The notes: a model not told the origin generated them from the letters alone. Shown: positions 18,417 to 28,487, numbered from the stretch's first letter. The stretch: DNA of 64,000 nucleotides from Candidatus Latescibacterota bacterium (GCA_965208835.1 OZ242358.1:320001-384000); one strand, 5' to 3'. Numbers and translations are program-made.

Positions 18417-19778
18417 ATGTTGACACGGCTACGCCTGGAGAATTTCAAATCTTGGGAAAATACAGGTGACATAACGTTTAGGCCTATCACTGGCTTTTTC
18501 GGTACCAATAGTTCTGGTAAGACCAGCCTTTTTCAAGCTCTGTTACTGATGAAACAAACGATAGATTCCCCAGACCCTGGAATTGTGTTGCACTTCGGTG
18601 ATGAGAAAACACTAGTCGACTTAGGCGATTTTGAGAGTGTGGTCCACGAGCATGACACAGACCGAAGTATTAGACTGTCGCTGGGCTGGAACTCAGAGAT
18701 TGATCTGCCATTTCCGGATACGACTAACACTGGGACTCCAACGTCAGGTAACGAAATCGGATTTGATGTTGATCTCGCGGAGGAGAATGTCGGTTCCGGG
18801 AAGTCGCCAATACTCAGAAAAATGGCATATAGTGTCCGTGGAAGGCGGTTTGGTTTGGCGCAAGTACTGGGTAGGAAGGAACACGATTTGTTTGTCAGCG
18901 GTGCCGGCTTGGATAGGTCTCACCGCGTCAGCGATGACGGTCGGTTAGCTCGTTCGATTAAATTTCACGAGTTTAGATATTGGCTTCCTGAGTTTTTCAA
19001 AGACCCGGCTATAATGTATCGTCTCCAATACGCATTGGAGTTGTTCTTAAGGGATCTATTTTATCTTGGACCTCTCCGTGCCTACCCGTCTCGGATCTAT
19101 GCACGGTCTGGAGCACAACCTCGGGACATGGGCCCGGCAGGTGAATTCGCGGTAGACGCAATCCTATCGTCTCGCGAACGTGGCAGGAAGATTAGTCATC
19201 GTCGACGATCTCTAAGTTTCGAGAGATATGTCGCGCAATGGCTTATGCGTCTCGGATTGATATACGACTTTCGCGTAGTGGCATTAACTAAAGGGAGACG
19301 CCTGTTCGAGGTAAGGGTCCGAAAGTCACCCAATTCGGCGGAGGTTCTCCTCACGGACATCGGCTTCGGAGTTTCACAGATACTTCCCGTGTTGGTGCTT
19401 TGCTTCTATGTCCCACGTAAGTCCAAGATCATCTTGGAGCAGCCAGAGATTCACCTGCATCCCTCTGTGCAGGCGGGACTTGCCGATGTATTCGTCGACG
19501 CTTGGAAGCAACGCAATGTGCAAGTATTGTTCGAAAGCCATAGTGAGCATTTACTGCTCAGACTTCAGCGTCGTATCGCCGAGGGAAAAATAAAAAGAGA
19601 TGATGTTAGCCTCTTTTTCTGTTCGATGGACGACCGAGGTGTCTCGACACTCAGCCAACTCGAAGTAGACGATTTCGGGAACATTTCGAATTGGCCGAGG
19701 GATTTCTTTGGTGACCAATTCGGCGAGATTGCTAATATGAATGAGGCTGCGCAGAAGAGGAAGCGAGGTACTGTGTAG
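18417..19778 (+). CDS. ABC/AAA_21-type ATPase with C-terminal DUF3696
   Basis: LENFKS, Walker A GTNSSGKT, YLGPLR, DIGFGVSQILP, Walker B LEQPEIHLHP, ESHSEH, C-terminal FGNISNWPRDFF. Confidence 0.88.
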   Translation: MLTRLRLENFKSWENTGDITFRPITGFFGTNSSGKTSLFQALLLMKQTIDSPDPGIVLHFGDEKTLVDLGDFESVVHEHDTDRSIRLSLGWNSEIDLPFPDTTNTGTPTSGNEIGFDVDLAEENVGSGKSPILRKMAYSVRGRRFGLAQVLGRKEHDLFVSGAGLDRSHRVSDDGRLARSIKFHEFRYWLPEFFKDPAIMYRLQYALELFLRDLFYLGPLRAYPSRIYARSGAQPRDMGPAGEFAVDAILSSRERGRKISHRRRSLSFERYVAQWLMRLGLIYDFRVVALTKGRRLFEVRVRKSPNSAEVLLTDIGFGVSQILPVLVLCFYVPRKSKIILEQPEIHLHPSVQAGLADVFVDAWKQRNVQVLFESHSEHLLLRLQRRIAEGKIKRDDVSLFFCSMDDRGVSTLSQLEVDDFGNISNWPRDFFGDQFGEIANMNEAAQKRKRGTV

Positions 19779-19780
19779 GA

Positions 19781-20278
19781 ATGAGCAAGACGGAAATAGT
19801 AATGGATACGAATGTAGCTATCGTTGCAAATGGTGAAGCCGAACAGGCATGCGAAGACTGCATTTGTGCATGTATTGCAAGATTACGCCATATTATGGAT
19901 GAGTGCCGCCTCTTAGTGGACGACAATTACCGGGTCTTTAACGAATATCAGAGACACCTAAGACGCTCTGGACAACCAGGACCCGGCGACGCCTTTTTTA
20001 AATGGCTCTGGCTAAACCAGGCTAATAACGAACATTGCAGGATGGTTCCGGTGACGCCTCATGAAGATGATGATTGTGGATTCGAGGAATTCCCTGATGA
20101 TCCAAATCTAAGCACATTTGACCGATCTGATCGCAAATTTGTCGCAATAGCGTTGGCAAGCGGTACAGAGCCAATGGTTCTAAATGCCACCGATACGGAC
20201 TGGTGGTCGCACCGGCACGTATTAGGAAGACATGGCGTTGGGTTAGTCTTCATCTGTCCAGAACTGATGATCCGCTGA
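19781..20278 (+). CDS. PIN-like domain protein
   Basis: IVMDTNV N-terminal strand, EY, DRSDRKFVAIA and ATDTDW acidic pattern typical of PIN folds; begins 2 nt after the ATPase stop. Confidence 0.65.
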   Translation: MSKTEIVMDTNVAIVANGEAEQACEDCICACIARLRHIMDECRLLVDDNYRVFNEYQRHLRRSGQPGPGDAFFKWLWLNQANNEHCRMVPVTPHEDDDCGFEEFPDDPNLSTFDRSDRKFVAIALASGTEPMVLNATDTDWWSHRHVLGRHGVGLVFICPELMIR

Positions 20279-20430
20279 AATCGAGATATTTGCTAAAGTT
20301 CATACCTTGGCAGAAGATAATGAAGATTTCTATTCCGCATATGACCAAGGGTGCCACAGTTGTGAAGAGTTGGTCCGGCAGCCGAATTGTAATACAGATG
20401 CACCAAAACTAAGACTCAGAACATTCTCAT

Positions 20431-23400
20431 ATGACCTCAGTCGGCCAAAAGGAAATACGCACACAGCGACAGGTGATCGCCTTCTTCCGGTATGCGCTTG
20501 GATACAACTATCTCGGTGACTGGCAGGATCGCACCGATAACAGCAATATCGAGAAGGGGCTGCTTACCAATTGGTTGAAGCGAAATGGTCACCGCGATAG
20601 GGTAATCAACAAGGTACTGCGTGATCTCGACAAGGCAGGTGCAATCGGCGGCAGTAAGACGCTCTACGATGCAAACCGTGAGGTGTACGGTCTGCTTCGT
20701 TACGGCGTGAAGGTACGACCTGACGTCGGCGAACCGAACGTCACTGTCTGGCTGATCGACTGGGTGAATCCGGCAAATAACGACTTCGCGATCGCCGAGG
20801 AAGTTACGGTGTCAGATACAAACACCAAGCGACCGGACATCGTACTGTACGTTAACGGACTCGCGCTTGGGGTGCTGGAATTGAAGCGCTCGACGGTATC
20901 GGTTGCGGAAGGTATCCGGCAGAACCTCGACAACCAGAAGAAGGAGTTCATCCGGCCGTTTTTTGCCACGGTGCAACTCGTGATGGCTGGAAATGATTCC
21001 GAAGGGTTGCGCTACGGCGTGATCGAGACACCCGAGAAATACTGGCTGCGCTGGAAAGAAACGAACGGCATCCCGGCTGCTGGCGACAATCCTTTACTGC
21101 GCGAGTTGAGCCAGCTCTGCAGCAAAGAGCGATTACTTGAAATCGTACACGACTTCGTCGTCTTTGACGCAGGCGTAAAGAAGATTTGTCGCCACAACCA
21201 ATACTTCGGTGTTCGTGCGGCCCAGGAGCGAGTGAAAAGCCGGGAGGGCGGCATCATCTGGCACACGCAAGGCAGCGGCAAGAGCCTGACGATGGTCTGG
21301 CTGGCGAAATGGATTCGCGAGAACGTCACCGACTCAAGAGTCCTTCTCATCACGGATCGTACCGAGTTGGATGAGCAAATTGAGGCTGTCTTTAAGGGTG
21401 TCAGCGAGGACATCTACCGCACGAAGAGTGGCGCTGATCTCGTGCAGGTGCTAAATAGACCTGACGAATGGCTGATCGGCTCCCTTATCCACAAGTTCGG
21501 TGCAACCGAGGACATCAGCGAAAGAGAAATCGAGGACTATGTCGAGGAGATCAAGAAGAATCTACCCGGTGGGTTCCGTGCCAAGGGCGAGATTTTCGTT
21601 TTCGTGGACGAATGTCACCGCACCCAGTCCGGGAAACTACACGAGGCAATGAAGGCAATATTGCCGGGCGCGATGCTGGTCGGCTTTACCGGCACGCCGT
21701 TACTTAAATCAGACAAACGCCGAAGTATCGAGACCTTTGGTACCTACATCCACACCTACAAGTACGATGAAGCAGTTCGCGACGGCGTGGTACTGGACTT
21801 ACGTTACGAGGCTCGTGACATCGATCAGAATACCACCTCCCAGGAGAAGATAGACCAGTGGTTCGAAGTCAAGACGCAGGGACTGAACGATGTGGCGAAG
21901 GCACAACTGAAGCAGCGCTGGGGCACGATGCGGAAAGTGTTAAGCTCACGGGATCGCCTGGAGAAGATCGTCGCCGACATTCAGATGGACATGGAGATAA
22001 ACGACCGACTCAAGAGCGGTCATGGCAATGCCCTTCTGATTTCTGGCAGCATCGACTCCGCCTGCCGCTTCTTTGAGATGTTTCAGCAGACAGATCTGGC
22101 GGGAAAATGCGCCATCGTCACGTCCTACAAACCGGCGCCAGGAGACATCAAAGGTGAGGAGACCGGCGAAGGACTAACGGAAAAGCTGCGGCGATACAGT
22201 ATCTATCGAAAGATGCTTGCCGCGCACTTCGACGAGCCGGAAGACACCGCAATGAACAAGGTTGAACGGTTTGAACTCGAGGTAAAGAAGCGATTCGTCA
22301 AGGAACCGGGCCAGATGAAGCTGCTGATCGTGGTAGATAAGCTGCTGACCGGTTTCGATGCGCCATCTGCGACATATCTCTACATTGACAAACACATGCA
22401 GGACCACGGGCTTTTCCAGGCGATCTGCCGAGTCAATCGCCTCGACGGCGACGACAAAGAATACGGATACATCGTCGACTACAAGGACCTGTTCCGCTCG
22501 CTGGAGCAGTCAATTCAGGATTATACCGGAGGAGCCTTCGGCGGGTACGACCAAGCCGATGTGAAGGGGTTGCTCAAAGATAGACTCACGAAAGGTCGGG
22601 AACGGCTCGAGGAAACGCGAGAAGCGATCCGGGCGCTGTGCGAACCTGTCGCGCCGCCACGCGACTCTGCGTCATACCGGCGTTTCTTCTGCGGGATCGA
22701 AAGTGGCGATATAGAGGAACTCAAGGAAAACGAGCCGCGGCGTATAGCCCTTTATAAGCGGACTGCGGCGCTTTTGCGAGCTTACGCAAACCTGGCCAAT
22801 GAAATGCAAGAGGCAGGTTATAGTGAAGCCGAAACGCAGCAGATCAGGATAGAGGTTGATCACTACGAAAATGTCCGAAAGGAGGTCAAACTCGCGAGTG
22901 GCGACTACATCGACCTGAAGATGTATGAGCCCGCTATGCGCCACCTCCTCGACACATACATCCGCGCTGAGGATAGCGAAAAGCTCTCGACATTTGACGA
23001 CCTAACACTTGTGCAACTGATTGTCAAGCAAGGTGAAAACGCATTGAATACGTTACCTGAGAGTATCCGCAGCGATCCCGAAGCGGCGGCCGAGACGATA
23101 GAAAATAACATGCGTCGTCTGATCATCGACGAGACGCCCGTTAACCCGAAATATTACGGCAGGATGTCTGAGCTGCTGGACGCTCTGATCCTCCAGCGGA
23201 AGCAGGAACGTCTAGACTACAAGATGTACCTGGCAAGAATTGTTGAATTGGCCGGAAAAGTGACCAACCCTGAAACCGAGACGTCGTATCCATCGGAAAT
23301 TGACAGCAACACACTCAGGACACTATTCGACAACCTACAGGGCGCTACAGTTGGACAGGATAGACCGTATGCCGATTCGGCCATAGAACGTTCCAAGGAT

Positions 23401-23580
23401 GAACTGATCGAAAAGGCGGTCGCGGTCGATCACGCCATCCGAAGTGTAAAGAAAGCCGACTGGCGAGGAAACAAGTTTAAGGAACGGGAGGTCCGCAATG
23501 CTATCAAGTCTCAACTTGGTGACAACGACGACCTCGTATACCAGATATTCGAGATTGTAAAGGCACAGAGTGAATACTAA
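20431..23580 (+). CDS. hsdR: Type I RM restriction subunit R
   Basis: Nuclease RPDIVLYVNG...ELK, Walker A HTQGSGKS, DECH, GFTGTP, LLTGFDAP, QAICRVNR. Confidence 0.96.
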   Translation: MTSVGQKEIRTQRQVIAFFRYALGYNYLGDWQDRTDNSNIEKGLLTNWLKRNGHRDRVINKVLRDLDKAGAIGGSKTLYDANREVYGLLRYGVKVRPDVGEPNVTVWLIDWVNPANNDFAIAEEVTVSDTNTKRPDIVLYVNGLALGVLELKRSTVSVAEGIRQNLDNQKKEFIRPFFATVQLVMAGNDSEGLRYGVIETPEKYWLRWKETNGIPAAGDNPLLRELSQLCSKERLLEIVHDFVVFDAGVKKICRHNQYFGVRAAQERVKSREGGIIWHTQGSGKSLTMVWLAKWIRENVTDSRVLLITDRTELDEQIEAVFKGVSEDIYRTKSGADLVQVLNRPDEWLIGSLIHKFGATEDISEREIEDYVEEIKKNLPGGFRAKGEIFVFVDECHRTQSGKLHEAMKAILPGAMLVGFTGTPLLKSDKRRSIETFGTYIHTYKYDEAVRDGVVLDLRYEARDIDQNTTSQEKIDQWFEVKTQGLNDVAKAQLKQRWGTMRKVLSSRDRLEKIVADIQMDMEINDRLKSGHGNALLISGSIDSACRFFEMFQQTDLAGKCAIVTSYKPAPGDIKGEETGEGLTEKLRRYSIYRKMLAAHFDEPEDTAMNKVERFELEVKKRFVKEPGQMKLLIVVDKLLTGFDAPSATYLYIDKHMQDHGLFQAICRVNRLDGDDKEYGYIVDYKDLFRSLEQSIQDYTGGAFGGYDQADVKGLLKDRLTKGRERLEETREAIRALCEPVAPPRDSASYRRFFCGIESGDIEELKENEPRRIALYKRTAALLRAYANLANEMQEAGYSEAETQQIRIEVDHYENVRKEVKLASGDYIDLKMYEPAMRHLLDTYIRAEDSEKLSTFDDLTLVQLIVKQGENALNTLPESIRSDPEAAAETIENNMRRLIIDETPVNPKYYGRMSELLDALILQRKQERLDYKMYLARIVELAGKVTNPETETSYPSEIDSNTLRTLFDNLQGATVGQDRPYADSAIERSKDELIEKAVAVDHAIRSVKKADWRGNKFKEREVRNAIKSQLGDNDDLVYQIFEIVKAQSEY

Positions 23581-24304
23581 GCCGAAATCCTATACCATTG
23601 AGATACGTGGGACTGTGGTAGACGTCGTCCTCAAGGACATCAAGAACCTTCATATCGGGGTTTACCCGCCGAACGGCAGGGTGAGGGTGGCAGCTCCGCT
23701 CAGTCTCGGTGATGACGCGGTGCGCCTGGCAGTCATTTCTCGCCTCGGTTGGATTGGCCGCCAAAAGGAGAGATTCAAACGGCAGGATCGGCAATCCCAG
23801 CGAGAATTCGTGACAGGTGAAAGCCATTATTTCGAGGGCCGACGCTACCGGCTCGATGTAACGGAACAGAGCAGTCCACCTTCGGTTCGTCTACTCAATA
23901 ATTCTACCCTAGCGTTGTGCGTTCGACCGGGATCCGACCGGCATATTAGAGAGGCCTTGCTGGATCGATGGTACCGACGCAATCTTCGTGATCGCCTTCC
24001 AGGAATTATTGCAAAGTGGGAGCCCGAAATGGGCGTGCAGGTCAATGAAGCCCGCATACGAAAGATGAAGACCCGATGGGGAACCTGCAACCCCGCTGCT
24101 CGCCGAATTTGGTTGAATCTCGAACTTGCAAAGAAGCCTTCGGCCTGCATTGAATACGTCGTCGTGCACGAGATGGTCCACCTGATTGAGCGTCATCACA
24201 ACGATCGTTTTCGGAAGATGATGGACAAATTCATGCCACTCTGGCGTTTCCATCAGGATGAACTCAACCGTGCGCCGCTCGCGCATGCAGACTGGCGCTA
24301 CTAA
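23570..24304 (+). CDS. M48/DUF45 (YgjP-like) metal-dependent hydrolase
   Basis: MKTRWGTC and YVVVHEMVH (HExxH); overlaps the hsdR 3' end, as is common for type I RM loci. Confidence 0.9.
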   Translation: MNTKPKSYTIEIRGTVVDVVLKDIKNLHIGVYPPNGRVRVAAPLSLGDDAVRLAVISRLGWIGRQKERFKRQDRQSQREFVTGESHYFEGRRYRLDVTEQSSPPSVRLLNNSTLALCVRPGSDRHIREALLDRWYRRNLRDRLPGIIAKWEPEMGVQVNEARIRKMKTRWGTCNPAARRIWLNLELAKKPSACIEYVVVHEMVHLIERHHNDRFRKMMDKFMPLWRFHQDELNRAPLAHADWRY

Positions 24305-24642
24305 GTTGGACTTTAGGCTCAGTACCCTTCCTCCCGTGTCCCCCACGTACCGTGTGGCCCCATTTCGGAAATGACGCCTCGCAGGGTTGCGATTGGAAAT
24401 AATTCCTTTAAATTTTCTATAGGGCATTTTTGTTGATAGAATCTGTATCTTTGTCATTGGCTTCAGTGACATATTTGTTCTCCCGGGTACTGCAGCGCGG
24501 GGTTCTTTTAGTTCCAGTTACCCAGGAAGTCCACTCGCGACCTTCTATCTTGAGGCGTCGCGGACGGGCGCTGTCCCGAGACCTCTGAGATTAGTCTGTG
24601 AATTCCGTGCGCGTTAAACGTTAGCAGGGAGGACTGATCGTC

Positions 24643-24990
24643 ATGGATCTGGACATCAGTTGGGAGCGGAAGGACGGGGTCCTGATCGCTGTGGTCGCGG
24701 GTCGTATCGATGGCAACAATGCCGATGTTCTCCAGGATACTCTGGAGTTTGGAATCGGTCCGGAAGATCGTGCTTTGATTCTGGATTTCGAGCGGGTCAC
24801 TTTCATCAGCAGCGCGGGCCTTCGCGTTGGTGTGATCATCGCCTGGAAATTCAAGGATCCCGGAAAGCAATTCGGTGTCTGCACCCTCGCCGATCCTGTC
24901 CGTGACGTTATCACAGTCAGCGGTTTCGATCAGATTATCGACATCTTCGAGTCGCAGGCGGAGGCTATAGAAACGTTCAGTTGCAATTGA
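24643..24990 (+). CDS. STAS domain anti-sigma factor antagonist
   Basis: GRIDGNN, LILDFERVTFISSAGLRV with phospho-acceptor Ser, SGFDQII. Confidence 0.9.
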   Translation: MDLDISWERKDGVLIAVVAGRIDGNNADVLQDTLEFGIGPEDRALILDFERVTFISSAGLRVGVIIAWKFKDPGKQFGVCTLADPVRDVITVSGFDQIIDIFESQAEAIETFSCN

Positions 24991-25059
24991 GTTCTAACCC
25001 GCCTGCATTCCATTCACCTGTGAAACGGAAGACCTACCTAACCGAATCGGAGTACCGAG

Positions 25060-25332
25060 ATGAACAGCAATGAAGAAAAAATCGGATCGATGCAGAGCGC
25101 GGTGGATATGGAGATCGTTGGGGACAACATTTCGGACATCGCTGAATTCACGGTTGAAAAATACGAATTCAGGATTGACAGCACCCTCTCACCGGAGGCG
25201 CGCGAGAAAGCGGTCGCCGCTATTGAGGAAGCTCTGTGGAAGCGGGTTGCGGAGTTGAATTTGTTGCGCAAGCAGTATCTGGCAGGGTTGTTCAGTTTGG
25301 CCGACGAGACGCTGGGCGAGATTGTCGATTAG
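25060..25332 (+). CDS. Small hypothetical protein
   Basis: 90-aa ORF with GGAG RBS and helical acidic composition; family not recognised. Confidence 0.6.
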   Translation: MNSNEEKIGSMQSAVDMEIVGDNISDIAEFTVEKYEFRIDSTLSPEAREKAVAAIEEALWKRVAELNLLRKQYLAGLFSLADETLGEIVD

Positions 25333-25670
25333 CGGCAACAACGCTTGTTTTGCTCATGTCAGACTGTATCTGAAGCGTTCGGTGAGTCTTGATTTAACCT
25401 CATTCGGAAAAAACAGTAACGCGGCGACGCGATCAAATCCTCCGAAACGGGGTGTTATCGACGTATGGAGTGTCGTTTTTTCCTTTCACGTCCAGTGACC
25501 TGGTGTATCCTGGTAATCCGCCGTATAATCGCCTTTATTTACAAGCACATATTTGAATTAACGTCCCCGAAGACTTACGAATCAAGGTTAACCTCAGCCG
25601 GCAAGATCATGCGGGATATGTGTCAGGGAGGATGAATTCGGAGGTCGGAACCATCGGTTTTTGAATCAAG

Positions 25671-25765
25671 AGAAGCCCTTTTTAACTTCCGATTTACGGG
25701 CAGCACGCGAGTACTCGAGCGGTGTACGCGCGTGCGACCCGCAAAGGATTTTAAAAGGGCTTTTT
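25671..25765. repeat. Long imperfect palindrome (hairpin or mini-MITE)
   Basis: AAGCCCTTTTTAA...CGGG..GCACGCG / CGCGTGC..CCCG...TTAAAAGGGCTT nested complementarity. Confidence 0.55.
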
Positions 25766-25840
25766 CGTTTTGTATCTTGATGTACTGCCGGGCTACAGAA
25801 TCACCTGACTCATCAGAAGACGGAACTGGAGGCGCATCAG

Positions 25841-27583
25841 ATGCCAGCCCCTGAAGGCGAGAGAATCCGCTACGAACGCGACGAGAGATGTCCCTGGCCA
25901 TTGGCATTCAGCGTGGGCATTCAGGGTCTCGTGATCGTACTGGCGCCGACGGTGTTGATTGTGGCCATCACGGTTCTTGCCGCCGGCCAGGATCAACGCT
26001 TCATGTCGTGGGCCGTGTTCGCAGCACTCATCCTTACGGGAGTTGCCACCGCTTTGCAGGCAGCCAGAATCGGCAGGGTGGGCGGCGGCCATCTTCTCAT
26101 CACGGGCGTAACTCCTAACTTCATCGCCGTCTCGATCCTGGCGCTGGAGGAGGGCGGTCCCGCATTGCTGGCGGGTCTCATGGTCGTCTCCTCGTTTTTC
26201 TACGTCGCAGTGGGAGCCTGGCTGCCGATGCTGCGCCGTATCATAACGCCGGTAGTCTCAGGTACCGTGCAGATGCTTATCGCGGCCATGGTCCTGCCTT
26301 TCGCCCTCGATCGGCTGAAAGACGTACCGGAGGGCGCATCCGGGGCGGCGGGTCCATGTGTGGCGGCGGTGACCCTGGTCGTTTCGACAATGCTGGTTTT
26401 GCGCGCTCCCAGATCCTGGCGGCCGTGGTCTCTTCTTGCGGGAATCGCCGCCGGCTGTGCGGCCGCCGCGCCGTTCGGGCTTTACGATTTCGCGCAATTG
26501 AGCGGTTCATCGTGGGTTGGAATCCCGTATAGCGAATTTCCGGTATTCAACCTGACGTTCAACGCAGGTTTCTGGGCATTGCTGCCCATGTTTCTCATTG
26601 TGACCCTGGTACAAGCCATCAAGGGCATCAGCGACGGTGTGGTGGCGCAACGTGTGGCGCTGAACAAGCCCCGGGCGACCGATTTCCGATTGATCCAGGG
26701 GTCGCTCTATGCCAACGGCGCGGGCATCCTGATGTCCGGAATCGCCGGAACGCCGCCCACGAGCACCTACTCATCGTTCACGACGTCACTCATCAATCTC
26801 ACGGGAGTGTCCGCCCGCAACGTTGGATATGCAATGGGCGGCCTTCTGGTGATCCTGGCTTTCTTTCCCAAGGTAACGGGTGTCCTGCTCACAATTCCCG
26901 GGCCGGTTATGGGAGGCTTTCTTCTGTTCGCCCTCGGCATGTTTTTCGTCGAAGGAATACAGACCCTGTCGCGTGCCGGCCTGGACCTGCAGCACGCCAT
27001 CGTGGCGGGGCTGGCGTTCTCCATCGGACTCGGTATGCAGCACCGGAATATCCTTGAGGACCTCCTGGGAAGTCCCTGGGGCGCATTGCTCGGCAACGGG
27101 ATGACCATCGGCACGGCGACGGCGATCGGGCTGACAGCGTTCCTTGAACTGACCAGTCCGCGCCGCCGGCGCCTGGAGGGCCGGCTGGATATATCCGAAC
27201 TTCCCCGTATCGACGCGTTTCTTAGAGAGATTGCAGACGGGATGGGCTGGGACGCCGCCGCGACCGGGCGGTTGCGCTCCGCGGGCGAGGAGACGCTGGC
27301 GAGTCTGCTGGAGCCGGAAAACGAGAATTCTACGGACCGTGTGCCGCGCCTGATCGTCGGTGCCCGCAAAGAGGGTGAAGCCGTGGAACTGGAATTCGTA
27401 GCGGTTTCTGACGAAGAAAACCTGGAAGATCGTCTCACTTTTCTCGACGAACAGGCGGAGACACCTGACGAAGGCGAGATATCGTTTCGCATACTGCGGC
27501 ATTACGCATCGTCGGTCCGGCACCAGAAGTACCACGACATGGACATTGTTACCGTGCGGGTGACCCGGAAGGCAGGTTCTTGA
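25841..27583 (+). CDS. NCS2 (xanthine/uracil) permease, SupE-like, with C-terminal HATPase/anti-sigma-kinase-like domain
   Basis: Multi-TM NCS2 pattern (ATALQ, ITPVVSGTV, TYS...TGV, IPGPVMGG); soluble tail ELPRIDAFLREIA...RLRSAGEE...FRILRHYASSVRHQ. Confidence 0.8.
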   Translation: MPAPEGERIRYERDERCPWPLAFSVGIQGLVIVLAPTVLIVAITVLAAGQDQRFMSWAVFAALILTGVATALQAARIGRVGGGHLLITGVTPNFIAVSILALEEGGPALLAGLMVVSSFFYVAVGAWLPMLRRIITPVVSGTVQMLIAAMVLPFALDRLKDVPEGASGAAGPCVAAVTLVVSTMLVLRAPRSWRPWSLLAGIAAGCAAAAPFGLYDFAQLSGSSWVGIPYSEFPVFNLTFNAGFWALLPMFLIVTLVQAIKGISDGVVAQRVALNKPRATDFRLIQGSLYANGAGILMSGIAGTPPTSTYSSFTTSLINLTGVSARNVGYAMGGLLVILAFFPKVTGVLLTIPGPVMGGFLLFALGMFFVEGIQTLSRAGLDLQHAIVAGLAFSIGLGMQHRNILEDLLGSPWGALLGNGMTIGTATAIGLTAFLELTSPRRRRLEGRLDISELPRIDAFLREIADGMGWDAAATGRLRSAGEETLASLLEPENENSTDRVPRLIVGARKEGEAVELEFVAVSDEENLEDRLTFLDEQAETPDEGEISFRILRHYASSVRHQKYHDMDIVTVRVTRKAGS

Positions 27584-27607
27584 AGAAGTGAATCGGCGTC
27601 CGCATGG

Positions 27608-28462
27608 TCAGGAATTCCCGGGACGGGACACCAGTTGCGCCCGGTATTCCTCGACCAAAGCGGCGGCTCCCGCGCGGATGAACCCCAATTCCGATGTTGC
27701 TTCGTAAAACGCAGCTCCCCTGCGGGCCCAGTCGCCCGCGGCGGCGGCGCTCCACGGCATGGTGCCGAAGGCCACACCGTGCTTTTTGCAGCGTTTCAGT
27801 ACGTCTTCCATCGGACCACGCACCTCGGGGTGATCGAAATCGCCCGGGTGTCCGAATTCGATGGAGGTGTCCCCCGGCCCCACGAAACACATGTCGACCC
27901 CTGGCAGGCTCAGAATCTCCTCGGCGTTCCGATAACCCCTGACCGTTTCCAGGTGGACCACCAGTGTGGTTTCCTGGTCCTGTTCGTCCATCCATCCCCG
28001 CCAGTCCGCAACCTCCCTGTAGTCGCTGTTTCCCCAGCCCGGCGCCACGGCGCGGGTCCCCGTCGGGGGAAATTTAAGGTAGCTGAGCAATCGCTCGACC
28101 TGTTCCCTGGTTTCCGTACGGGGCAGCTGGATTCCCACCACGCCGGCTTCCAGCAGCTTTGAGACTTCCTGGCGTTCCAGCTGGGGCGTCTTGGCGATGA
28201 CGGGCATGCCGTTGTCGCGGGCCGAGAGAATGGTGTCGGCCAGGTCCTGCAAGTCGAAGAGGCTGTGCTCGTACTCGATGTAGAGGAAATCGAACCCGGC
28301 GTGCCGGAACAGCTTGACGAGCGACGGATGGGCGTACGCCTCCAGCGTCGCCCCGATCAACACGTCGCCTCTGTTCAGCCGGGCCTTGAGGTGGCGTCCC
28401 GGACCTCCTTCCGGGTACCACGGATTGTCTATTCCCTTACTGCTGTCTGAGAGCGGCGGCAT
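27608..28462 (-). CDS. HpcH/HpaI aldolase family protein
   Basis: GFDFLYIEYEHS, LKFPPTGTRA, HLET, FVGPGD. Confidence 0.9.
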   Translation of the reverse strand: MPPLSDSSKGIDNPWYPEGGPGRHLKARLNRGDVLIGATLEAYAHPSLVKLFRHAGFDFLYIEYEHSLFDLQDLADTILSARDNGMPVIAKTPQLERQEVSKLLEAGVVGIQLPRTETREQVERLLSYLKFPPTGTRAVAPGWGNSDYREVADWRGWMDEQDQETTLVVHLETVRGYRNAEEILSLPGVDMCFVGPGDTSIEFGHPGDFDHPEVRGPMEDVLKRCKKHGVAFGTMPWSAAAAGDWARRGAAFYEATSELGFIRAGAAALVEEYRAQLVSRPGNS

Positions 28463-28487
28463 TAAGGTCTCCTATTTTCAAGTCCGC

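Noticed and set aside
12860-20278. Canonical type IV CBASS or canonical Thoeris
   Set aside because: No ORF with a CD-NTase GS...DxD signature and no ThsA-type SIR2/SLOG/Macro protein could be recognised. A highly diverged one cannot be excluded without HMM searches.
20307-20519. 70-aa ORF overlapping the hsdR start
   Set aside because: TTG start without a clear RBS, out-of-frame overlap with hsdR, no recognisable motif.
4804-24379. Inverted repeat at the island ends (AGGCGT...CCGAAATGG at 4804-4828 versus 24360-24379)
   Set aside because: Short and gapped, with no target duplication, tRNA or recombinase; could be chance.
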